Under the pieces are notes generated by a model that saw nothing but the letters and a program-made list of their open reading frames with translations, did no database searches and was not told where the DNA came from. From the NCBI RefSeq assembly GCF_965262695.1, contig NZ_OZ253550.1, positions 233,671 through 273,670 on the forward strand: 40,000 bases of DNA, given 5' to 3'. Positions within the stretch are counted from its first letter, which is position 1. Every line of letters starts with the position of its first letter. Shown one piece after another: positions 26,088 through 33,370 of the stretch. The stretch comes from Nitrosopumilus sp. (GTDB lineage Archaea; Thermoproteota; Nitrososphaeria; Nitrososphaerales; Nitrosopumilaceae). The position numbers and the translations under genes are program-made.

Positions 26088-26456
26088 TTGGGAATTAATT
26101 ATAATGACATCACAAAAAAAATCCTCGATTTAGATCCTCAAGTAAGATTTGCTGGTGTTGCAAACAATAAGGGTGAACTTGCTGCAGGAGGGCAGAAAGA
26201 TGATGTTGAGAAACTATTGGTTGGTGATGAAGTAAAAATGTCCATTCATTATGCTTTACAAAAACGAGATTTGTATACAAATTTGGCATACAAAATTGGT
26301 AATGAGACTTCTTCCATTACAGAATATGAAAAAGTCACAATGATAACTATCCCAATAAACTCTAGTGAGCTATTCTTAATCAGCACTGAACCCCGTGCAG
26401 ATTATTTGAAAATCATTGACACTGTTCGCTCTGAACTTGGTTTATCTGGTGATTAA
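26088..26456 (+). CDS. hypothetical protein (possibly Roadblock/LC7-like alpha/beta fold)
   Basis: 122-aa ORF starting (TTG) 15 nt after the amt stop. The alternating pattern VRFAGVANNKGELAAGG...KVTMITIPINSSELFLISTEP loosely recalls Roadblock/LC7. This cannot be verified here. Confidence 0.45.
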   Translation: MGINYNDITKKILDLDPQVRFAGVANNKGELAAGGQKDDVEKLLVGDEVKMSIHYALQKRDLYTNLAYKIGNETSSITEYEKVTMITIPINSSELFLISTEPRADYLKIIDTVRSELGLSGD

Positions 26457-26601
26457 TTTAGTACGAAGAATTACAGTCACCATGGATGATAAATTAGTAA
26501 AAAAAATCTATCTTCTTCAAGCCAAAGAAATCACAAAATCTCAAAAACACATTAGTTTCTCAAACATCATCAATTTGCAATTGAAACGTGCACTAAAATA
26601 G
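26449..26601 (+). CDS. putative ribbon-helix-helix (CopG/Arc-like) DNA-binding protein
   Basis: RRITVTMDDKLVKKIYLLQAKEI...ISFSNIINLQLKRAL gives a strand-helix-helix pattern. I favour the in-frame GTG at 26449, which overlaps the upstream stop as GTGATTAA. The track's TTG at 26416 is the longest option. Confidence 0.45.
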   Translation: MINLVRRITVTMDDKLVKKIYLLQAKEITKSQKHISFSNIINLQLKRALK

Positions 26602-26654
26602 CATTTTAGGCTCATTTTTTACTCCTTTTGCACACCTGATTGTCTTTGATTTTT

Positions 26655-26676
26655 GGTAGTTTGGAAATTAACTCTA
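26655..26676 (+). repeat. partial third copy of the 60-bp intergenic module (ggtag...gaaattaactcta)
   Basis: The 13-mer gaaattaactcta (26664-26676) is identical to module copy B. The preceding ggtag also matches. Confidence 0.5.
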
Positions 26677-26771
26677 TTTATCCGGCAAGTTATGTACCTT
26701 GTATCATAACCAATTTGAATTTATATCAAAAATTAGCCAGTTTCATGAGCCGTGAAGTTCATGGTAAATTG

Positions 26772-26835
26772 AAACACAAGGTCATGACCGCCCTGTTGTA
26801 AACCTTGATCAAGTAGTGGTGGCTTGTGTTTTTTT
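26772..26835 (+). terminator. long-loop hairpin (aaacacaag / cttgtgttt) running into a T7 tract between convergent genes
   Basis: 9-bp perfect arms at 26772-26780 and 26823-26831. The 42-nt GC-richer loop contains the palindrome gtcatgac. A T7 run lies at 26829-26835, 11 nt before the stop of the minus-strand gene. Confidence 0.3.
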
Positions 26836-26845
26836 ATTTACATAA

Positions 26846-27409
26846 TTAAGTCAGAAATGCAATTCTGGCAATATCTCTTTCATGAAAAAACATTTTTTCT
26901 CCAAATTCAATTTCAGACGTAATCTCATTTTTTTCATCACGAATTATTTGTTTAGGGTTTACAATAACTATGTCTTTTTTATCTTCAACATCTAGTCTAA
27001 AAAGTCGACCTTTATACTCAGTACCTGCTATGGTTATCACAATTATCCAAGGAGCATTATCATATTCTGTAGCCGTTTTTTCCCATGTGTCAAGACGAAA
27101 TCGATTAGATCTTCGACGTCTTAAAATCATTCCAACTCCAAATCCAACTGCTAAAGTGATTCCAAATAAAATCAAGAAATTTGTTGGAATAAAGAATTTG
27201 TCTCGTAAAATATCTAGACTTGTGATACCCGTAATCAATGTGTAGAAAAATATTATTACCATACTAAGACTAAAACTTGAAATTGTAATTTTGAATTCTG
27301 TTTGCTTATTTCCATAATGTCCTAACCATCTAATTATTGTAAATGTGATAAAACCTGGAATCAATAAAATTACAACAATTAATGCATCTGCTAAGGATGG
27401 TAATGCCAT
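26846..27409 (-). CDS. hypothetical membrane protein (3 TM plus C-terminal beta-rich soluble domain)
   Basis: 187-aa ORF. N-terminal LLIPGFITF TM and two further TMs, an RRRRSNR stop-transfer, then WIIVITIAGTEYKGRLFRLDVEDKKDIVIVNP beta-strand-like repeats. Confidence 0.55.
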   Translation of the reverse strand: MALPSLADALIVVILLIPGFITFTIIRWLGHYGNKQTEFKITISSFSLSMVIIFFYTLITGITSLDILRDKFFIPTNFLILFGITLAVGFGVGMILRRRRSNRFRLDTWEKTATEYDNAPWIIVITIAGTEYKGRLFRLDVEDKKDIVIVNPKQIIRDEKNEITSEIEFGEKMFFHERDIARIAFLT

Positions 27410-27414
27410 GCCAC

Positions 27415-27627
27415 TTATTCAGATTTTTCTTTCTTTTTTGGAGATGGTGTTGGAGGTTCAGGTGTTGCACTTGAAACTTTAAAACTTACAGATTCAGATA
27501 ACTGTGAAAATTTTGTCTCTGTTTTTTCTTTTTTACTAGATGATTCATTTTCTACCATATTCTTAGTTGATACAATTACCATATAAAGACAAGTATTAAA
27601 CAAGAAATTCAACAACCAATTAAGCAT
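27415..27627 (-). CDS. small hypothetical protein (hydrophobic N-terminus, Ser/Lys/Pro-rich tail)
   Basis: 70-aa ORF ending 5 nt before the 187-aa gene start. It is preceded by module copy A, whose TATA-like aaaataat lies 28 nt upstream of the ATG. Confidence 0.4.
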   Translation of the reverse strand: MLNWLLNFLFNTCLYMVIVSTKNMVENESSSKKEKTETKFSQLSESVSFKVSSATPEPPTPSPKKKEKSE

Positions 27628-27634
27628 ATTTCAC

Positions 27635-27693
27635 GCCTAATTTTGTGAAGTTTTCATTATTTTGCGCAGAAAGTGGGTGAAATGAACTCTATT
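27635..27693 (+). repeat. 60-bp intergenic repeat module, copy A
   Basis: gcctaattttgtgaagttttcattattttgcgcagaaagtgggtgaaatgaactctatt. It has 54 identical positions over 62 aligned columns versus copy B. Confidence 0.85.
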
Positions 27694-27699
27694 CTCATT

Positions 27700-27978
27700 T
27701 CAATAATTCTGTGTTAGATTCGAATCATCATAATACTCTTTGAGAAATTCATCTAGTTTGTCAAAGGTTTCTTGATTCAATTTTCCATCATGATATAACT
27801 TACTTACAAACATGGCAATTTTTGTAAGAAGTTTACTTTGTTCATCAAGTTTTGTTTGTGTGGATTTTACAATTTCAAGAATTTCACTGATTGCTTCTTT
27901 TTGCCAATCTAGATCTTGTTTTTCCAGAATTTTTGAAACTTCGGATATTTTTTTGAGATGTCCCATATAATTAGCCAT
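27700..27978 (-). CDS. hypothetical helical protein
   Basis: 92-aa ORF. No motif recognised. Confidence 0.45.
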   Translation of the reverse strand: MANYMGHLKKISEVSKILEKQDLDWQKEAISEILEIVKSTQTKLDEQSKLLTKIAMFVSKLYHDGKLNQETFDKLDEFLKEYYDDSNLTQNY

Positions 27979-28068
27979 ATTGTTCTAAAACACTCATGAA
28001 ATAAAAATTAATTATCATAAAAAACGATTTTCTTAAAGTATTAAATCAAAGTCACTATAAATCATCAT

Positions 28069-28374
28069 ATGACTGAGATTGATCCTTTGGCAATTGTACA
28101 AATAAACGCTACAGTGATAACGGGTCTTTTGATACTTCTTACAATTACTAATTTAGTCAAAAGAATAGAAGGATTCTGGATGCCAAAAGCCGTAAGCGGG
28201 GCGGTCATACCATTTGTGATGTCATCAGTTCTTGCATTGTTAGATTACATTACGATTGGTAATGCAGTTGGAGATTTCGCATTGATTTCAATAGGATCTA
28301 TGATAGTGGGATTTATCGTGTTAGGGTTCATGATAATAAAAATATCCTCAGTGAAATTATGGAAAGATAAATGA
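28069..28374 (+). CDS. hypothetical membrane protein (3 TM)
   Basis: 101-aa ORF with three hydrophobic helices. Divergent from 27700..27978. Confidence 0.5.
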   Translation: MTEIDPLAIVQINATVITGLLILLTITNLVKRIEGFWMPKAVSGAVIPFVMSSVLALLDYITIGNAVGDFALISIGSMIVGFIVLGFMIIKISSVKLWKDK

Positions 28375-28468
28375 AATTAACAAAAACAGTTTAGAGGGAA
28401 GCCAGAATATGGAAAAATACTCGTAGTCTTTAAACTAACAAATTTCCTCCCAACTATGTTCATATTGA

Positions 28469-28530
28469 GCCTAATTGCATGAAGTTTTCAATTATTTTAC
28501 GCAGAAAGTGGGTAGAAATTAACTCTAATT
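28469..28530 (+). repeat. 60-bp intergenic repeat module, copy B
   Basis: gcctaattgcatgaagttttcaattattttacgcagaaagtgggtagaaattaactctaatt. Same orientation as copy A. Confidence 0.85.
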
Positions 28531-28592
28531 GCTTGAATTGTAAAATTATAGTAAATGGCTCCCTTTAAACCCCTAAACCTTGAAACTTTCTT

Positions 28593-29528
28593 GTGGAAGT
28601 AGTAATCAGTGCCATTCTTACTGTTGTAGGATTGGTGATGTTATGTTTTGGTGGTAACTGGTTAGTTAGCGGTGGTGTCACTATTGCCCGAAAATTTCGT
28701 ATAAGTAATCTTGTAATTGGAATGACTATTGTAGCGTATGGTACTTCTACACCAGAACTTGCTGCAAGTATTGCAGCTGCCGGAGACCACAGTGCAATTA
28801 TTTTGGGAAATATCATTGGAAGTAATATTGCAAACGTTGGTATGGTGATTGGTATTGCAGCAATACTTGTTCCTCTTGCAATTAAAAAATCTGTACTTCG
28901 TAAAGAAATTCCAATCATGTTGGGTGTTTCTGTTTTGTTAATTTTGATTTCAATTGACGGTGAATTGTCTCATTATGATGGAATATTACTTCTTGTTGGA
29001 TTGGGTGTCTTTGGATATTATACTTTCAAAGACGCAATGAAACAAAGACAAGATGATAAAGAAGATGTAAAACAAAACGGAGGTAATGTATATCTAAAAT
29101 CCATTGGTCTAATTGGACTTGGTATTGGTCTTTTGTATATTGGAGCATTTTTGACAGTTGACAATGCGGTGATTCTTGCCAAAGAGTTTGGTTTATCTGA
29201 AAAAATTATTGGTTTAACAGTAATTGCAATTGGAACCTCTCTTCCAGAATTAATTACCTCACTTATTGCAATTAGAAAGGGGCATAGCGATATTGGTGTT
29301 GGAAATATCATTGGAAGTAACATCTACAACATTTTGATGATTATGGGAGTAGGTGCTGCACTTGGTGGTGTAATGATTTCTGCTGATGTTTATGTTGATT
29401 ATGCAATTATGATTTTATTCAGTCTCTCATTGCTAATTGGCCTCAAAACAGGCGTGATTAACAGGGTAATGGGTGTCTGTCTTGCAATTGGATATGTTGC
29501 ATACCTGGTATTGACATTTTTCAAATAA
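28593..29528 (+). CDS. Ca2+/cation antiporter (CaCA family, YrbG-like)
   Basis: Two alpha-repeat signatures, GTSTPELAASI...GNIIGSNIANVG and GTSLPELITSL...GNIIGSNIYNIL. About 10 TM helices. GTG start. Confidence 0.85.
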   Translation: MEVVISAILTVVGLVMLCFGGNWLVSGGVTIARKFRISNLVIGMTIVAYGTSTPELAASIAAAGDHSAIILGNIIGSNIANVGMVIGIAAILVPLAIKKSVLRKEIPIMLGVSVLLILISIDGELSHYDGILLLVGLGVFGYYTFKDAMKQRQDDKEDVKQNGGNVYLKSIGLIGLGIGLLYIGAFLTVDNAVILAKEFGLSEKIIGLTVIAIGTSLPELITSLIAIRKGHSDIGVGNIIGSNIYNILMIMGVGAALGGVMISADVYVDYAIMILFSLSLLIGLKTGVINRVMGVCLAIGYVAYLVLTFFK

Positions 29529-29544
29529 TTTGTAACTATTCGCT

Positions 29545-30903
29545 TTAGATGGACGTAACTTTGATCTTTTCTGCCTTGATTGATGGTGTTATTGATGGAA
29601 TTGATGCCCATTGTATCACGTTTTGTTGATTGTTTCCAATCTCTGAGATATTTTTTAACATAGTTGGAAGATTGTGAATAATTCTAACTGATTTTCCAGG
29701 ACTTAAGATTTCTCCATTTTCTATAATTCTAACCCCACTTCTTGCAGTGCATGAAAAATCTCCTTTAATTGGATTCACTGCGTACGTGTACCATAATCTT
29801 CCAATTAATATTCCGTGTTTTGTGTCTTTGATCATGTCTTCTTGAGATGATTTACCTGAATCAACTTTTAGATTGTGTGGTGATGAAATTGTAATTGGCT
29901 CTGAACTTCTTCCCATAGGAGATCCAACTCTAGAAGCATTCCCTGTTGATTTTTTATTTTCTTTGTAACTATCAAAAAGATTCGAATATGTATTTTTAAA
30001 AACACCCTTTTCAATTAAGTTGTTTTTATGTGTAATTACCCCTTCATCATCTACTGATTTTGTTCCGACACCTTCTGGGATATGTGGATCATCTGTTAAA
30101 TTGAAATTATTAACTGCTATTTCATCTTCAAAGCTGTTTGAAAAACAACTCTTCTTTTCTGAAAATATTTTAAAATTAAAATTTGATGAAACAACAAATG
30201 CTAATAATTCCCCTACAGAGTATGGCTCAAAAATTATTGAATAAGTGCCCGAATCAATTTTTTTAGGATTTATTGACTCTATACACATCTTTTTTGCATC
30301 TTTTCCAATTTCTTCTGCTGCAAAATTTGACAGAGTTCTGCCACTAGCATGCCCTATTCCTGAAACTGGCAAAATCCCTTGCTCTGATTCTGCATTAATG
30401 ATTCCTGAAATGTATGTTGATTTGTCCTCAAAACACAATCCATTAGAATTTTCAATTTCAAAAAACTCTGAAACTATATTTAATGAGCCTGTAATCGTAT
30501 TGATTTTATCAGAATTTGCTGAATTTATCATAGATTGTGCGATATCCATCATTTCTGATCCTGAAATTTCCTTTAACCTTTCGTCAAATGTGCTCTCTAG
30601 ATTTCTACTTGAAACGGATGTGGGCAATCCTTCCCAAAATTCTCTTGGTTTTAGATTTGGAATTGTTGAGTGTGCTGAATCTATTGAATTCTCAATATTT
30701 TCTTTTTTTGTTGTTTGAATTGACGCAATTTTTTTCTCATGAATTATTCTAACTCCAAAACTCTCATCAAAATTTTGTTTAATTTCTGCAATTTCTGAAT
30801 CTGTAATTCTTATTGTTGTGATATTTTTTTTAACTGAAACTATTTCACATTCATCAATTTGTTTTTTCTTTGAATGCTGTAATGCCTTTTCTAAGGCAGA
30901 CAA
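29545..30903 (-). CDS. TldD/PmbA-family protein (PmbA/TldE-like; no HExxxH motif seen)
   Basis: 452 aa. C-terminal GDFS...G...IENGE...V and GVG/DDEG patterns are typical of the family. Its start codon directly abuts the cofH stop (0-nt gap). Confidence 0.75.
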   Translation of the reverse strand: MSALEKALQHSKKKQIDECEIVSVKKNITTIRITDSEIAEIKQNFDESFGVRIIHEKKIASIQTTKKENIENSIDSAHSTIPNLKPREFWEGLPTSVSSRNLESTFDERLKEISGSEMMDIAQSMINSANSDKINTITGSLNIVSEFFEIENSNGLCFEDKSTYISGIINAESEQGILPVSGIGHASGRTLSNFAAEEIGKDAKKMCIESINPKKIDSGTYSIIFEPYSVGELLAFVVSSNFNFKIFSEKKSCFSNSFEDEIAVNNFNLTDDPHIPEGVGTKSVDDEGVITHKNNLIEKGVFKNTYSNLFDSYKENKKSTGNASRVGSPMGRSSEPITISSPHNLKVDSGKSSQEDMIKDTKHGILIGRLWYTYAVNPIKGDFSCTARSGVRIIENGEILSPGKSVRIIHNLPTMLKNISEIGNNQQNVIQWASIPSITPSIKAEKIKVTSI

Positions 30904-32163
30904 TTATTTTCTCCTTGGATTTTCATAATTGAATTTATTTATTTTAATTAATTCTACGTATGACCCAAACTGTGATGTGTTTGTAACTTTATCTAATTTG
31001 TCTTCTGGCTCAACATCACCTTCAAATTTTTTCAATATTTGGTATTTTGTGTTTCTCTCTGCGGGTATTCTTTTGATTTCTCTTATCATTCTTCTAATCT
31101 CTTTTGGTTTTAATAATTGTCCATGTTCTGAGCCTGCAGACGTTGAAATACTTTCATTGATTAATGTTCCACCAAAATCATTAGCTCCCCACATCAATAA
31201 CAACTGTGACATTTTTTGTCCTTCTTTAACCCATGACATTTGTATATTGTTAATATGATTATTCAACATTATTCTTGCAATTGCATGTGTAAGTAAAACG
31301 TCATTTCCACTTCCACCTTGTTTAATTCCTTCATGTAGTTGATGTTTGTACATTGGCGCTTCTGTGTGAATGAAATTGAGCGGAACAAATTCCGTGAATC
31401 CTCCAGTTTCTTTTTGGATATTTCTTAATTTCTCAATATGTTTTACTCTATCTTCATGTGATTCTAAATGTCCAAACATCATAGTTGATGTAGTGTTTAT
31501 TCCCATTTTGTGGGCATTTTTGATGACTGTTTCCCAGTCTTTCACGCTTATTCTGCCTGGTGAAATTTTATCTCTGAGTTCTTGATCTAGAATTTCTGCA
31601 GACGTTCCTGGTAGGGTATCTACTCCTGCTTCTTTCATTCTCTTTAGAAATTCTTCAATGTCTACTCCTGAACGTGTAGCTCCGTACAGAATTTCTTCAG
31701 GTGAAAAACCATGAATGTGAATATCTGGAACTTCTTTTTTTATTTCTCTACAGATATTCTCATACACGTCTCCTTCCATATCTGGGGGAAGACCTGCTTG
31801 AACGCAAACTTCTGTTGCCCCTAATTGATGTGCTTCTTTTGCTCTACGAACAATTTCTTCAGTTGGAAGAAAATACCCTTCCTCTTCTCTGAAATCTCTA
31901 CTAAATGCACAAAATCCACATTGTTTTATGCAGACGTTTGTAAAATTGATGTTTCTGTTTACTACATATGATACAATGTCTCCTACTCTCCTTCTCCTTA
32001 GTTCATCTGCCACTAGTCCTACTAGATGAAAATCAATACCTGATGTGTCATAAAGCTCTAATCCTTCTTTTGAAGTGATTTCTTTTTCTGACAACGCTTT
32101 GTTTAGAATATCTGAAACAATTGGGTCTGCATTTTTGAAAAGTGCATCTATATTTGTCGTCAT
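30904..32163 (-). CDS. cofH: FO synthase subunit 2 (7,8-didemethyl-8-hydroxy-5-deazariboflavin synthase)
   Basis: YVVNRNINFTNVCIKQCGFCAFSRD is the radical SAM motif characteristic of CofH and the FbiC C-terminal half. I prefer the ATG at 32163 (ATGA overlap with the cofG stop) over the track's TTG at 32169. Confidence 0.88.
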   Translation of the reverse strand: MTTNIDALFKNADPIVSDILNKALSEKEITSKEGLELYDTSGIDFHLVGLVADELRRRRVGDIVSYVVNRNINFTNVCIKQCGFCAFSRDFREEEGYFLPTEEIVRRAKEAHQLGATEVCVQAGLPPDMEGDVYENICREIKKEVPDIHIHGFSPEEILYGATRSGVDIEEFLKRMKEAGVDTLPGTSAEILDQELRDKISPGRISVKDWETVIKNAHKMGINTTSTMMFGHLESHEDRVKHIEKLRNIQKETGGFTEFVPLNFIHTEAPMYKHQLHEGIKQGGSGNDVLLTHAIARIMLNNHINNIQMSWVKEGQKMSQLLLMWGANDFGGTLINESISTSAGSEHGQLLKPKEIRRMIREIKRIPAERNTKYQILKKFEGDVEPEDKLDKVTNTSQFGSYVELIKINKFNYENPRRK

Positions 32164-33332
32164 CTCCAATACTCCTCTTTGACTAATCTTTCCTCATTTT
32201 GAATCTCTTTCATCTTTTCTTGTAGTTCTTTACTAATAAAAGAAAAGAATTCTGGATATATTGGAAATCTGCATTTCAAATCAAACCCTGCATTTTTTGA
32301 ATTTTCGTTAACTTTACTTATTTCTGGCCAAGAAAATTCAGGATTTACAAAATCCGGAGTCAATGGTGAAATTCCCCCCCAATCATTAATTCCTACTGAC
32401 AAAAAACTCTGATATGATCTTGGAGATAGATTTGGAGGAATCTGTATGTTCATTTCTGGCATGATTATTCTAGATAATGCAACAATTGTTTTGAAATATT
32501 TTTCATCAGCAGATGGTTCATCTCTCATTCTAGTGTCTTGTTTTGGTTGGAAATTTTGCAAAATTATTTCTTGAATATTCCTGTATTTCTGGTTTAATTC
32601 TTTGATTGCTAACAATGAATCAATAATTTCTTCTATTGTCTCTCCAATCCCTACAAGTATTCCTGTAGTCATCGGAATGTGTAATTTTCCAGAATTCTCT
32701 AAAATCTCTAATCTTGACTTTGGTCTTTTACTTGATGCCAAATGATGAGGCATTCCTTTTTCTGTTAATCTGTCACTAATGTTTTCAAGCATCAATCCCA
32801 TCGAAACATTTGTTTTCTTTAGTTCCTTCATCTCTTCAAAATTTAAATTCCCTGCATTAGTATGTGGGAAAAGCCCTTTTTCTAACGCTATTTCTGATAC
32901 ATGAATCAGATATTCAGATGTCGATGTAAACCCATTTTCTTTTAACCAATCTCTTGCTTCTTGATATCTCTGTTCAGGTTGTTCCCCTGTTACAAATAAT
33001 GCCTCAACACATCTGTATTTTTTTGCAAGTTCTAATAATTCTGTAATTTGTTGCTTTGACATTAATGATAGTTTTTCTTCTCCTGGTTCTGCTTTGTATG
33101 TACAATACGAACAACTATCTTTGCAGAGATTAACAATATTAAAAAATGCTTTTTTTGAAAACGTTACTGTGTTTCCTTTGTATTTTTTTCTTAAAATCTG
33201 TGCTGCTGAAAAAAGTTCATTTGGGTTTTTTATTGCATTGTGATAAATTTCTAAAATACTGTGTCGTGAAATTTCTTTGTTGTCTAAAACATTGTTTAGA
33301 CTCTCAGAATTTAATACGAGTTTACTCAACAA
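32160..33332 (-). CDS. cofG: FO synthase subunit 1
   Basis: FNIVNLCKDSCSYCTYK is the radical SAM motif characteristic of CofG and the FbiC N-terminal half. 390 aa. Confidence 0.88.
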   Translation of the reverse strand: MLSKLVLNSESLNNVLDNKEISRHSILEIYHNAIKNPNELFSAAQILRKKYKGNTVTFSKKAFFNIVNLCKDSCSYCTYKAEPGEEKLSLMSKQQITELLELAKKYRCVEALFVTGEQPEQRYQEARDWLKENGFTSTSEYLIHVSEIALEKGLFPHTNAGNLNFEEMKELKKTNVSMGLMLENISDRLTEKGMPHHLASSKRPKSRLEILENSGKLHIPMTTGILVGIGETIEEIIDSLLAIKELNQKYRNIQEIILQNFQPKQDTRMRDEPSADEKYFKTIVALSRIIMPEMNIQIPPNLSPRSYQSFLSVGINDWGGISPLTPDFVNPEFSWPEISKVNENSKNAGFDLKCRFPIYPEFFSFISKELQEKMKEIQNEERLVKEEYWR

Positions 33333-33370
33333 AATGATTCTTGACTATGAGTATTTATGCTTGTATAGAA

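Noticed and set aside
26736-26830. Relatively GC-rich 26736-26830 stretch tested as a tRNA or C/D-box sRNA
   Set aside because: Only a 4-bp potential acceptor pairing is present, with no GTTCRAAT T-loop and no RUGAUGA/CUGA box pair. It is kept only as a hairpin/T-tract observation.
28565-28918. 117-aa minus-strand ORF overlapping the CaCA antiporter start
   Set aside because: It is antisense to a CDS carrying both CaCA alpha-repeat signatures. Module copy B nearby does not give it a sensible start context.
30020-31892. Plus-strand ORFs (30020..30244, 30245..30718, 30537..30752, 30929..31258, 31370..31585, 31701..31892) across pmbA and cofH
   Set aside because: All are antisense to well-supported genes. 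The 157-aa length is notable in an AT-rich genome but is consistent with codon-phase shadow ORFs, and none carries a motif.
32164-32169. TTG at 32169 as the cofH start (track)
   Set aside because: The ATG two codons downstream forms the classic ATGA stop/start overlap with cofG. This is a minor start reassignment only.
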